Below, in pieces: positions 36,363 to 50,350 of a DNA stretch of 64,000 bases (within the stretch, counting starts at the first letter, position 1; each line of letters starts with the position of its first letter). This DNA comes from Eledone cirrhosa (Eukaryota). The stretch is from NCBI GenBank assembly GCA_964016885.1, contig OZ024744.1:52514001-52578000 (forward strand). The letters are read 5' to 3'. The position numbers and the translations under genes are program-made. The notes under the pieces were generated by a model. That model had not been told where the DNA came from and did no database searches. It saw nothing but the letters and a program-made list of their open reading frames with translations.

Positions 36363-37514
36363 ATTATTATTATTATTATTATTATTGAAGTTTTGCACTG
36401 TGAATATCACTATTACTGTATCATTTACTGCCCATCAGTTCAAGACAGTATTTTGCAAAGTATTTGGCAGTGCCAAATATTGTAGTCTTTTCTAGGAGAG
36501 CATTTATGATTCGACGTTTATTTGCTTAATATACTCTCTCGGTTCTATAGGTATGAAGCTCAATGTTTCGTGAAATCTGGAATTATCCTGACATATTTAC
36601 CCCAATTGTAACATTTAGATCGGCACCTGATATTCATATTTGCATTAAAACGCCGTATAATGTCATTTATTTTCTAGTATTTCTATCCAATTTTGATATT
36701 TCTTCAGTTCCTCTGAAAATAAATGCACTATATCTAACCACTGCAATGACCAGATTTCTCACTTTCAAGTTGCTGAGTGGGGTGAAAGGCTTTTCTCAAG
36801 GACACAATTTATTGCCCAGAACAATTGTAAATTCAAATATCGACATTAGAAAAATTACTTTAGTGGTTTGATATCTGCGGGTTCGGTATTTGAAGTTTTG
36901 ATATGCTTTAAAAAACATTTATTACACTGTACCAAATGGGACTACCCCAGCAAAACATTCTTGAACAGTTTAAAAACAGAACTGTAACTATACCACGGAG
37001 AAAATTGAGCTGTTTGTTCTAATATTCGAATTTTTCATAACGATAAGTCCACCAATAAAGATATAAATATTTGAATTAATAAACCACATGGAATCACACA
37101 AGCAAGGCTTTCTTTAAAATTACAAAACCACATTATGACTACATCACTTTAAATATTAAAATCTTTACTCTTCTAATACTACAAATTATCATAACGATCT
37201 ATCCACCAGTCAATCTATATATCTATACATATATATATAAAACTGTAGTTGGCTGTGTGTGTGTGTCCTCATTTTTGCAAAGTCTATACAAATCCACATT
37301 TCTTCCACGATTGACTTCAAACTTGCATTTATATATTCCTTGCGGTCAAAAGATATAAACTGCATCTTTTATTTTTCAATGTTTTATTGTTAAAGGGGTG
37401 TTAGGCGCCGGTTATCGATCTCGGAGGAGCCCTTATAATATATGTCTGTATGCCTGGCTGTCTGCATTACGACATTTTGACGAACACGTCATTGCTGACG
37501 TATTATCTGCGCTA

Positions 37515-37565
<51 letters not shown>

Positions 37566-37671
37566 ACATACACACACACGCACACACACACATATATATA
37601 TAGATATATACTTATATATACATATATATACACATATATACATATACACACACATATATACACATATACAT

Positions 37672-37708
<37 letters not shown>

Positions 37709-37791
37709 CATGGTGGCTGCCAACTCGTTTTCGAGTACGGCCACTATTGTATATCCATGTAGGAGAACCCCTACCGATGCGCTGAACGAGT

Positions 37792-38457
37792 GTAATAATA
37801 ATAAATTTGAAGACAAAATCCAAAGAGGGCTCGATAAGGATAAATATATATCAAATATATAAGAACCGTAGAGCCAATATTTATTAAAATAACAGATTAA
37901 AGTTTAAGCAAAGAATCGCTGCTTTCACCCTTAACGGGATCTTCTGAAACTAACAAAGTCAATCTGTGAACGCAGAAGTGAATATTTCAAAAAAACGTTG
38001 CAACCGGAGGAAGACAGGAAGACGATATTTTGGTTCGTGGAAACGTTACCTGGCAAAGAACGGGAAACAACGAATAAAATACGTCATTATTTGGAGCGGT
38101 GAAAAACAATTACACGCAAAGTCAGAATCACGTTTATGGTAAAAAAAGAAATCATAGACTAATGTTCTCTTAGGTGCTTCATAGAGACGTTCTCTGGGAA
38201 TGAACGGAAAAAACGTGGTTCTGTCTTTGAGTGTAATTGTTTTTTACCGCTCCAAATGACGTATTATATTCGTTTTTTCCCGTTCTTTGCCAGGGAATGT
38301 TTCCACGAACCAAAGTATCGTCTTCCTGTCTTCCTCCGGTTGCAACGTTTTTTGATATATTCACTTCTACGTTCACAGATTGACTTTGTTAGTTTCAGAA
38401 GATCTCGTTAAAGGTGAAAGCAGCGATTCTTTGCTTAAACTTTAATCTGTTATTTTA

Positions 38458-38465
<8 letters not shown>
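37792..38465 (-). mobile_element. Family C fold-back element (~255-bp inverted arms plus unpaired tail)
   Basis: Arms 37877-38135 and 38211-38465; tail 37792-37876; related pieces at 30020-30372 and 39157-39270. Confidence 0.8.
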
Positions 38466-38537
<72 letters not shown>

Positions 38538-38539
<2 letters not shown>

Positions 38540-39033
38540 TTTTCTGAATTTGTTTAGCAAGATTCTTTATCTAAAACGTGTGTTGAAACTGATATTGTTA
38601 TTCTTTGGGAGGGTCATGTTGCCAATAAGAAACACACGCACCAGTCGCTTTCACTCCAATTTATTATAAATTAAATTTATAAATTTAAGAAATTTGTAAA
38701 TTTCTGGTTGGTTGGTTGATTCTACAACCGGACGGGTGTTTATATATTGTCAAAGTTCTTTCGTCACACATTCTGTGACCTCTTCAGTGACTGGGGATTC
38801 ATTTTTTTTCTTCGTTTTGTGCCTCTCCTTTGTTCTGTCACAGAATGAGGTCACAGAATGTGTGACGAAAGAACTTTGACAATATATGAACAACCGTCCG
38901 GTTGTAGAACCAACCAACCGGCCAGAAATTTACAAATTTCTTAAATTTATAAATTAAATTATAATAAATTGGAGTGTAAACAACTGGTGCGTGTGTGTCT
39001 TATTGGCAACATGACCCTCCCAAAGTATAACAA

Positions 39034-39037
<4 letters not shown>
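38538..39037 (-). mobile_element. Family D fold-back element, copy 1 (~190-bp arms, HHR-like motif)
   Basis: Arms 38592-38782 and 38847-39036. Minus 38749-38791 reads gtca-CTGAAGA-ggtcac..gtgac-GAAA-gaac-TT-tgac. Inside (TA)n. Confidence 0.8.
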
Positions 39038-39087
<50 letters not shown>

Positions 39088-39119
39088 CAAACACATATAC
39101 ACACATATATATATATGTA

Positions 39120-39160
<41 letters not shown>

Positions 39161-39266
39161 TAAAATAACAGATTAAAGTTTAAGCAAAGAATCGCTGCTT
39201 TCACCCTTAACGGGATCTTCTGAAACTAACAAAGTCATGGATTTTAGTCTTCAATTTTATTAGTAT

Positions 39267-40371
<1,105 letters not shown>

Positions 40372-41518
40372 AATACATTGTAGGTCGCTTTAACCCGTCT
40401 TTTATTATAAAAAAAACTTCTTGTCAATAAACATTAACCCCTTGTGCACCATTCATCTAACTGTAGACCAACAAATACCAACTAAACAGAGCATTGACAA
40501 GAACGATGGCGAATGAATCTTCGAGGTAAGCAGTTTCCTCCCGAGCTGTTAGTTCATGCGGGATTCTCTGCTACACCTTTTCGTAATATTACCAAACAAT
40601 GTACTGCTGGTCACTCCTTCCTTCAAAAGCCGTACAAAGCGGACATGTGCATCGGGTAGATGGATCGGGTGCAAATCTACACCAGGCCTACCCGAGAAAT
40701 TCGCAAGGGACTGCACCGAGAGGGATAGAGAGAAAGAGTAACTTAGTGGAAAGAGTGCGAATGAACTTTTGAGGTAAAAGCCTACGCCTTACTGCTATGA
40801 CACTGGAACCTTCTGCTAACTTAAACTGTGACTTTCTCTTTCATATTTACTCCAATAGGCCAAAACAGAGGAGTATGAAAAGAAGGGACTCAACAATATT
40901 TCTATGAACAATGCACGTAGACAGCTAAACTGTACTTTCAGCTTCTTAATTTTTTCCAAATAAAACAAGTTTCCTGTCGGTATATTTTCGTGAGCTTTTA
41001 ACAAGTACTCACAAATAAACGTTTCTCATTGGAGGTGCTATTACCAATGTTCTTACCCGTGCAACGCCGGGATACACTGCTAGTATATAAACATTTAAAT
41101 TAACAAATCCATTCTCAGATATGTTGTGCAGATCCATTACAAGATGTTACAATCTAAATGAAAATTTAGTGGTGGCTGCTATATCGATTTTCTCAAGCTG
41201 TGAGGTGATCTCATTGAGGTAGTTGTGGCATACAATTCTCCTTTGACGGTTCAGTGGTGAGTTTTGATGTTGGGTTTAGGCCAAACAGTTGAGAGGGACC
41301 TGCGAGCGACAAACAGACAATGGCGTGATGCTATGCAACTGGCTGCTGACCGAACGCGATGGAACACTATGATTGCCTCATGCGTCGCAAAACGCGGGAG
41401 CTTCTGAGTCTGAGTCTGAGTTTAGGACAGGTCTACGAGATCTTGGCCAATTCTTATTTATCATAATCTCGGTTCGACTTAAGCCTTGTGAGAGATGGAT
41501 GCTGTTTAGAGGACCATC

Positions 41519-41955
41519 AGATGGACTGTACTTGTAATTCAAAGGGCCAATCTTTGTTACACACAGTGTCATACAGAATCTCCCTGAGAATATTGTTAAG
41601 AGTACACATGTCTGTGGAATACTCAGCCACTTACACTATAATATAAGATTGACTACCTGTAATTCAAAAGTAAAGCTGTTTCACATAATGTGTCACGCTA
41701 AATATTCCTGGGAATTACATTTAGGGTACACGTGCCTGTGATATACTCAACCACTTACACTATAACACGAGATGGACTATCCATGTAATTCAAAGGAAAG
41801 CTTTGTCACACATTGTGTCACACTGAATCTTCCTGAGAATTACACTGAAGTTACAGGTGTCAATCGAATGTTCAATCACATATAAGGAAATTTAACGAGA
41901 AGGCTGTTTTGTTGATCAAAGAGCTGGAGCACGCATTGCCGAAACCGATGAAGAT
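41519..41955 (+). repeat. Three diverged ~125-bp tandem units
   Basis: GAT(G/T)GACT...TGTAATTCAAA...GTGTCA...CCTG.GAAT at ~41520, ~41647 and ~41770. Confidence 0.8.
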
Positions 41956-42280
41956 TCATTCCCCTTACTACCCCCCCCCCCTCATCTCTTCTTATTGAGT
42001 TGGTTGTATATGATATATCAGTGAGTTGTGGGTGGTAGTGGTAGTCGTTGTTAGTATGGTGCTCATTGCCGTAATGCTGTAATCGTGAGGTTCATTGTGA
42101 TGCTAGTAACAGATGTATTAATATGTTGACATTTTAACCCACTAATAACATTGCGTTTTGTTTCTTTCTCTCTATGTGGCAGTTGCTGTTGGTGATAACG
42201 TTAAAGATGATCGATAAAGTCGGCCATGAAATACTCGTAAACTTAACAAGGGATATCTAAAATACCTAGTATTTATTACT

Positions 42281-42323
42281 ATCATCATCATCATCATCAT
42301 TCTCCTCCTCCTCCTCCTCCTCC

Positions 42324-42355
<32 letters not shown>

Positions 42356-42430
42356 TTCTTCTTCTTCTTCTTCTTCTTCTTCTTCTTCTTCTTCTTCTTC
42401 TTCTTCTTCTAAATTATTATTATTATTATT
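42281..42430. repeat. (ATC)/(CCT)/(CTT)/(ATT) compound microsatellite
   Basis: Direct reading. Confidence 0.95.
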
Positions 42431-42440
42431 TTTACTACGC

Positions 42441-42611
42441 GGTGGATTGGCTGTATCGGTAGAGAGTCGGACGCCATGCTTTCCAGCATAGTTACGGTCT
42501 GAGCTCAAATCCCGCCGAGGTTCACTTTGCCTTTCATCCTTACGGGGTCGATAAAATAAAGTACCAGTAATGTACTGAGTAATTGCTGGCCTTGTGCCTA
42601 AAGTAGAAACA
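42441..42611 (+). mobile_element. tRNA-derived SINE with 19-bp TSD
   Basis: GGTGGATTGGCTGTATCGGTAG (A-box-like), GAGCTCAAATCCC (B-box-like); ATTATTATTTTTACTACGC at 42422-42440 and 42612-42630. Confidence 0.9.
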
Positions 42612-42630
42612 ATTATTATTTTTACTACGC

Positions 42631-43625
42631 ATCGTCACGGCATTACCGAGCACTACTCTGTGTACCTTGGGTATCTATAGTGTGGCTTTTGCTCATGTTG
42701 TTTCTATTGTATTGAAAATACTCTTCATATGTGTACAGTGCCTAGTAGTGCTATTCTTTGTATGCTGTATATATGTGTAACTCCTGGAGCTCTGGGTAAT
42801 TATTTGTCAGATGTTTAATAATTCCCAGAGCACCTATTATTATAGGTATTGTTTCTGTCTTCAACATCCACATTTGTGTTATTTCTATGTCTAGATCTTT
42901 ATATTTGGATAGTTTCTCTATTTCCTTTGTATATATAGTGTCATCTGTGACATTTTCTTATATGTGGTCTGTGTCTATAATGTTTGGTCGATTGGCTTTG
43001 ACCTCACTGTCTGTATATTGGTCTATCCCAGAGCATAGTTGCTTTGTCATTCTCTGATTGCTTTTCTGGTGTGTATCTATACCATCTTTTACAATTGGTG
43101 TTTCGTTGCGTTGGCATAATTTCCTGTTTATGTGAATTTAAACTCTTATCATATCTGTGAATACATTCCTTTTTGGGCTAAAAGTGGGCAGCCAGAGATA
43201 ATGTGGTTAATTCTTTATTCTCCATCTCCACATATTCAGCAGTTACGTTGTTCTGCTTCATTATGTACTTCTGGTGGTTTCTCGTGGAAAGGCTTTGATT
43301 TTGTGATGTAGTTACAAACCCTCCCGTTTCGACTTTTAATTCAGTGCTTCGTAGCTAGGTTTGTGGGTTTTGCTTGTCTACATCTTTCAAGACTTTCGAG
43401 GTGTTGGCCATGTAAGGGTTTTTCTAATTATTCTAGCTATCGCTTGAGCATGACATTCTGGAGGTCTGTTTTCAATTTAGATTTTATGTTTATCATAATT
43501 TTTGTCTTTGCCTCTTCTTTGTTTTCTTCCTCGCACTCAGTCCTGCCTCTGGTTTCAGACAAATTTTCGTTTTGTTCGTATTTCGTCGATAGTTCTTTTA
43601 ACCTTTCTCTAATCTTCTTTAAATA
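42631..43625 (-). mobile_element. Old degenerate RLE LINE 3' part
   Basis: Minus-strand translation resembles the RLE C-terminus (ANRPNII, EKLSKYKDLDIEITQMW, PIIIGALG, IQRIALLGT). Confidence 0.7.
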
Positions 43626-43835
43626 TACTAGCAAAAATCCCGCCACCGGGCGGTTTTCTGCTAGCATGTGTAGTGTGCATATTGATATTATACGCCAATA
43701 TATATATGCATATATATATATGATACGTAAATTGAAAAATGAATTGTTTTCACTGGCGGCTCGCCTAACTGGAAAACGAAAGAAACACTCAAGCAGGTAA
43801 TACACACATCTAGGACCACATACAACACTCAATAG

Positions 43836-43943
43836 CAAATCCCGCCGAGGTTAACTTTGCCTTTCATCCTTATGGGGTTGATAAAATAAAGTACCAGTAA
43901 TACACTGGAATAATTGCTGGCCTTGTGCCAAAAGTAGAAACAA
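43836..43943 (+). mobile_element. 5'-truncated SINE ending in (ATT)n
   Basis: Matches the 3' two-thirds of the SINE at 42441. Confidence 0.85.
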
Positions 43944-44269
43944 TTATTATTATTGGGATTTTTTACTTTGATTTTATATGCAATGACTACCAAACACTTA
44001 GGGCAGGCATCGCTGGTTTTCATAGCTTTAAACAAATATATTTAGTGTTCTGTTCTCATACTCATTTAACTAGTCACATGACAATAATACCAAAGGTAAG
44101 AAACAAATTGAGAAAATAGATAAAAAAAGGTAGAAAAGAAGTATAGAATATATAAATTAATTTTGCATCAAAGATATTTGAATGGTATTAAATAATTAAA
44201 TTTACTATGAAAATTAAACAGAAAAGATTGTGTTGACATACATTACAAAGACGAACATTTACAAATTAT

Positions 44270-45600
44270 GTGGGCGGTATTTGTTAGAATTATCTTTTGG
44301 ATTTCATAGATGCTGGGTTTACCAGGTATGTTTTCTAGAATCTTTTGAACCCCTTTTTTATGATACCTAGTGCTCCCATCTGTACCAGAATAGTTTGTGT
44401 TTTAAGGTGAACATTCTGTTTATCTCAATTTCTAGATCTTTGCTTTTCAAGTTTTTCAGACTCTTTTGCTGGCACATTTATATCAGAAGATACAGTCATA
44501 TCAATGTGTAAGCTGGTCTTCTTTTTAAAATCTGTAATACTAATATCAGGGCGGTTTCTATTAATACTATGATCTGGGTGGATGATAAAGTCCTAAGGGA
44601 TTGTTGTTCCCTCAGTTTCTGTTATTGGTTGTGGTGTGTGTTCATTCCAGTTTTCTCTATGTTTGTACCGTTGTTGGCATATAATCCAGTGGGTATATTG
44701 CCCCACCCTATCATGTCTAATCTTATATTCAGTTGGGACATCTTAATATTATATGATCAATTGTTTCAAGCTGTTCGTCACATTTCCTACATTTGGTGTC
44801 TGCACCGTTTCTGAGAATATTTGCCTGATAATTCCTAGTAAAGAGGCTCTGGTCCAACTTCTATCCCAAACATCGTAGCCACTGATGGGTTTGTGGTTGA
44901 TCTATAACAGCGTCTTGGGTACGAATTAGGAATTGGCCGCGCAAAGGTCGTTTTGTTATCATTCTCTAAATGTTTTTAGACCTTTTGACTTTGACTTGGT
45001 TCTGTAGAATTTTGCTACTTTAGTTGAAATTAGGTCAACTTCCTTATTTAGAATAACATCTTCAGTTTTTAGTTCTTTGCTGTACATTCCTGTCTCCTTG
45101 AATACTGAGTGGTGTTTCATCTGGTTTTCGTCATCTCTTTCTAACACCATCATCAATCCTTAGTGCTCTCTAGGTAGGTTTGCAAGCTGATTGTAGCTAT
45201 TTTGTATGACAGTTCCTGTTGGATAAGCCTTCTTACTCTTTCTTGTGTTGGCAAATATAGGCAATCTACGTCTGCCTTGGGATAATACATTTTGTTGGCT
45301 GTGAAGACTTTTCGAGTTTTTGTGTACATTCTTTGGAGATAAGATAAGTTCCAATTAATTGTTTCTATTTTAGGCACAAGGCCAGCAATTACCCAGTACA
45401 TTACTGGTACTTTATTTTATCGACCCCGTAAGGATGAAAGGCAAAGTTAGCCTCGGCGGGATTTGAACTCAGATCATAAAGGGACGTAACTCTATGCTTC
45501 AAAGCATGGTGTCCGACTCTCTACCGATACTGCCAATCCACCGCTAGTTCCAATTAATGATGTTAGAACTGTATGGATTTAGCCAAATGTTAAGGATTTC
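44270..45600 (-). mobile_element. Old degenerate RLE LINE interrupted by a SINE
   Basis: TKTRKVFTANKMYYPKADVDCLYLP..E..R.LIQ.E matches family B HHPKADIDRIYLP; NRPDI and GALG motifs downstream. Confidence 0.75.
45360..45545 (-). mobile_element. tRNA-derived SINE with 13-bp TSD
   Basis: AGTTCCAATTAAT at 45347-45359 and 45546-45558. Confidence 0.9.
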
Positions 45601-45680
45601 GTCTAATCCACGTGATTTCAATTTATGTGCATTACTCTTTGCCTGCTTTTGGTTGTTGTTGTTGTTGTTTTTGCTATAAT

Positions 45681-47492
45681 TGGAGTCTCAGTCATTGATG
45701 TTATTTAACTGGAAAGTTTGTTCAAATAAACATCAAGCCATTACCTGCAGCCTCAGATATTCAGGACGAATCAGAGGGTTGTTGCTGTTCCCAGCAAGCA
45801 TGTCTTTCGAGATAGTACCTAGTGCTCCTATGACAATTGGGACGAGCTTGATCTCATGACAGTCGCAAATCCTTTTTAACTCCCACTTTAAATCCTGATA
45901 TCGGTTATTTTTCTCCTCCTTTTCTTGCACTCTTGTGTCAAAGGGGCAGGCTACATCTACAATTAGGCATGATCTTTTTTTCCTTATCAAAAACCACCAG
46001 GTCAGCCTTATTGGGTTCTAATTTCTTGTCCGTCTGTATCCTGAAATCCCATAGCACCTTCACTTGATCGTTTTCTATCACGGACTCAGGCTTATGCTCA
46101 TACCACTTCTCAGAATGTAGTAAATTATTTAGTTTGCATAAATGCCAGTGAATCCCCTTTCCTATTAAATCATGCCTTCGGCCTTTATAGTTAGTCTAGG
46201 CAAGGTGCTTACACTCGCATACAATGTGAGCCACAGTCTCTTCTCTCTCCCCACAGATCCTACACAGTGAGCTAGCCTCTTCCTTGTCAATATGGTGTTT
46301 CACCCATTTCATTCTGAAGGCCTGCTTTTGTGCAGCCATTAACATTCCTTCTGTAGATTGTTTGAGGTTTCCTCTCTTTAACCAGCTCCATGTCTGTCGA
46401 TCTCTGAATTCTGTTTTCTTAAAGAAGGTGCTATGAAGGAATTTTTCATGAAGGTTGTTCTTTTTTGTTGTTACTTCCTCCTTGGACATCCCCTGGTCTA
46501 TTGTGTTCTCCTTCAGTACAATTTTGAGCATTGGCTCCCTACTCTCAGACACATATTTGTGCGGACTGTTTTTCTCCATCTCAAAACATTCCTCTATGTT
46601 GATAAGACATCTTCCATCTTCAGATTACTTTAATTAGAGTCTTTTAACATCACTCCTCTTGTAGGACATGTTGTAGATAGTCATTAGCTTCCTAGTCTTC
46701 CTATCCATTTCTTTTTGCTCAGTAACATTCCATTTCAGAATTCCCGCACTGTACCTAATAATTGTTTCTACTTTTGGCACAAGGCCAGCAATTAACCAGT
46801 GCATTACTGGTACTTTATTTTATCGACCCCGTAAGGATGAAAGGCAAAATCAACCTCGGCGGGATTTGAACTCAGATCGTAAAGGGACGTAACTATGCTG
46901 GAAAGCATGGCGTCCGACCCTCTACCGATACTGCCAATCCACCGCCCAAATGTACCTAATAATGGACACCGCTCGGGAATTTACTGCACTTATGACATTC
47001 CTACTATTTAGATGTGATTTTAGTATGTTCCTTACTCTCCTTATGTACTCAGATCTTACCAATTCCTTTATTTTATTGTTCTTGATGTCATCTGCCTCCA
47101 GAACACCTACATATTTGTATACCTCTTCAGTTTCGATTTCGTTCATCATCTCACCTGTTGGTGCCAGGATTCTATTCAATTTATCACTCCTCATCCCTAG
47201 GACTCCACACTTATTAACACCCAATTCCATACGTATATCATTGCTGAAAATACTGACAGTGTTAACAAGTACATCCAACTCCCTCTCACTTATCCCAAAG
47301 AGTTTTAGATCGTCCATGAAGATGATGTGGTTGATGGTAAGCTCTCCTCTGACCAGCTTGTATCCTGCTCTCACTTTTCGCAATATGAGGACACAGGTAC
47401 GAGGGTAAGGACAAACAACAAAGGGGCCAAATTATCTCCTTGGAAGATACCTCTGACGATCTTCACGCCTCCTAAGGATTCTGCACCTGATG
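45681..47492 (-). mobile_element. Dong/R4-like LINE, family A, older disrupted copy
   Basis: ORF pieces 46922-47383 (FMDD), 46196-46579 (CCHC) and 45733-45990 (RLE); family A 3' UTR. Confidence 0.9.
46763..46947 (-). mobile_element. tRNA-derived SINE with 13-bp TSD, inside the LINE ORF
   Basis: TGTACCTAATAAT at 46750-46762 and 46951-46963. Confidence 0.9.
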
Positions 47493-47514
47493 TTATTATT
47501 ATTATCTTTATTAT

Positions 47515-47786
47515 TGCATATTGGCATAATCGGTATAGCATCAGATACTATGCTTTATGCCATAGAGTTATGGCCCTTTAAGTTCTTAGTTCAAATCCCG
47601 TCGAGGGTAGCTTTGGCTTTCATCCTTACGTGGTCGATGAAATAAAGCACCAGTAATGTACTGGTATCGAGTTAACCTATTGTTCCTTCTCCACAAGAGG
47701 TCAACAAAATAAAATACCAGTCAAGTACTGAACTTATCGACATTCCTCTCCCCTCAAATTGCTGGCATTGCACCAGAAAAAGAAAC

Positions 47787-47790
<4 letters not shown>
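47515..47790 (+). mobile_element. Degenerate SINE with (ATC)n tail
   Basis: TTGGCATAATCGGTA...GTTCAAATCCCG...CTTTCATCCTTACG.GGTCGAT...CAAATTGCTGGC. Confidence 0.7.
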
Positions 47791-47839
<49 letters not shown>

Positions 47840-48727
47840 CCACCACCATGCATATACTTATGTTATTGCCAAATAAATGAGGAATATAGTTTGGTAGTAA
47901 TGATTTAATGGGGAAAAAATCATCGAAAATGTCCATCTTTTACATTTTAAAACGATTTTAGTTTGTCTAGATATTTGAAGTATATACTTGAGACTTTATG
48001 AATAAAATAAGTTCGATTGTGTAAGAAAGAAATAAGAGGTTTACTTGGAATAACAACTCATAAATATATAACTAAATAAATAAACAAAGGAATAAATAAT
48101 GAGAGCAATACCAAACAAGTTTATTGTTTAAGAATAAAAACTGAATGACTTCAAAATAGTCATTTTTCTTTCTTTCTTTCTTTGTTGTTGTTGTTGTTGC
48201 TTTTTAATATTCTTATTCTCAGAAATATAGTCCCCGACCCCAATTGCTGGGTAAGTATTAGTCTTTACCTATTTATCTGATCTTCAAGGGGAGATCAGAT
48301 AACGAACGTATTTGGCCAACTAAACAGGTTTCTGATCCTAGCCAAAATTAAAAACATGTATTTGTGATAAAAAGGAAATAAAGAATCGTGATGAAATGTA
48401 TGGTGACAGGGCATGTTGACATCCTGGTTTGTGTATGTATGAATACGTGTGGGGTGGTATAGTGGTATAGTGTTATATGGTGACATGGTGGTGCGGTGGT
48501 GTGGTGGTGCGGTGGTGCGGTGGTGGTGTGTTTCTTATGAGTGAGGGGACAACTGTTTGACGTGACACAGATACACAGCAGTGATTGTATTAGAAGAATA
48601 AATAGAAAACAATTATTGTTAAATAAATAAAAGCGTTTTAATAGAGAGTTATAATGTCGATTCTTTTGATGAGGTTTAGAAAATCTACACGTGTTATTTT
48701 TATGTTCCTATAATAAAAGTGAGTAAA

Positions 48728-48885
48728 GCAACGAATTGGCAGAGTCGTTAAAACGTCGGATTCAAAATGCTGCAGTATTTGTTCTAGCTCACTGCTCTCT
48801 GATTTCAAATCCTGCTCAAGTCAGCTTTGCCTTTTATCCTTTCTAAGTCGTTAAATGAATTACAAATACACGGCTGGTGTGGATC
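48728..48885 (+). mobile_element. Degenerate SINE
   Basis: TTGGCAGAGTCGTTA...TTCAAATCC...GCTTTGCCTTT.ATCCTTT. Confidence 0.6.
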
Positions 48886-49061
48886 CCCCCCCCCCCCCCC
48901 CCCCCCTGTTCGTCACTCTCTCTCTCTCTCTCTTCGCAGGACTCCAAAATTACGGAGAAGAAAGGAAGGTAACGAAATTCATGAGTTATTTTCTGGCTGA
49001 AGATCGGGTTCGAATTTTGGCGACCGAATGTTTTCCAATAAATGTATGGTAATGATGCTTC

Positions 49062-49392
49062 TGAAAGACCAATTGAAACAAGGTTTTCTTTATTCGATGT
49101 CTTGATCAGCTCCTTTCTTCAGCAAAGAGTTGTGACTGACAGATAGTATCATGCTTTGCGATATCTGATCCGATTCCATACGTTCTGAGTTCAAATGCCG
49201 TCTCTTTCTGCCAGCAGTGACAGTATCTGCAATTGAAAGACCAATGAAAACATTAGTTCCTAGGACTGATCTGATGGTCAGCTCCTTTCTTCTGCCAGGA
49301 GTGGTTAGTGACAGGTAGTATCTGAAATGGAAAGTGCAATGGAGACTTGGTTTCTTTGGCCCATTTCATCGATCAGCCACTTTCTTTTCTTT
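49062..49392. repeat. Diverged ~95-bp tandem units with a short SINE-like insert
   Basis: GAAAGACCAAT...TCAGCTCCTTTCTTC...GACAG.TAGTATC recurs at ~49063, ~49235 and ~49330. Confidence 0.6.
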
Positions 49393-49708
49393 TTGGTTTC
49401 TCCCCATGTCCATGCATCCATGGGCTCGGAAATTTGTGATACAATCGACAGAGGCTGAGTATCGATATGTGATGGGTTTCGGGCATTTTAGCACTTGGCA
49501 AAGCACACTCATTTCCTTGTCTGAATACACCGATTTCTTCAAGTGAGTCAGAAAATGCGATATATATATATATCATGCCTTCTATTTTTGCACACGGCAC
49601 TGGACAGAATTGCTTCCACATCGTTCATTCTCATCTCGATTTAACAATTTTGAATAGCGCTAGTTCGTAATTCGAACTCGGGAATTTTATATTCTCCGAG
49701 TGAAAAGA

Positions 49709-49795
49709 ACCTTTTGACGAGAGTTTATCTTTTCAATGGAGGCTCGCAAAGACTATCCATTTATTTTTGAGACTCGAAACCGTTTCGGTAAAGGT
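49709..49795 (+). ncRNA. Type I hammerhead motif (C3U variant)
   Basis: acctt-TTGACGA-gagttt...agactc-GAAA-ccgtttcgg-TA-aaggt. All three stems pair; GUA triplet. Confidence 0.7.
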
Positions 49796-50350
49796 AACCA
49801 TAGTAAGTACAGTGAATTTTTGAAATTTATTTTAAAACTTTTTCTTATTTGCTAAACCTTGATTATATATGTATATATAAAATAATAAAAATAATGAGTA
49901 AAAACAAAGAAACAGTTCCTTATATTAAAAAATTCATCATTTTATTCGTTTCTAGGATATATATGTGTGTGTTGGTATGTATATCATATAGATCTATGTA
50001 AAATTTGTACAAACTATCAGAGGGAATATACATACCTACACATATATATGCTGTCTTCAGAAATAATGATATTTGTTTATTGAAAAAAAACAACAAAGAT
50101 TTAATATAATAGGTCTTTTTGGGAACAGGTTTTGAATTGACCAATAGAAAGGTATTAAGTGGTCAAGATGGTAGAATAGTAGTAATGGAACTTTAATTTA
50201 GGGGTAGAGGAAGGCAGATTTCAGTTTTGAATGGAAAGAGTATAATGAATGAAAAGATTATTTTGGGGAGGAAAATAGGTCAAGTCGGTAAAAGGTACAC
50301 GAACATTTGAAGTTATAAAAGAATAATGCTAATGTAAATATGTTATTTAT

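Noticed and set aside
38390-38435. CAGAAGA...GAAAGCAGCG hammerhead-like motif in family C
   Set aside because: Core U4 is altered in all copies that retain it, and there is no NUH triplet or stem I.
42441-42520. tRNA gene
   Set aside because: Only A/B-box remnants in a multi-copy SINE head; no full cloverleaf.
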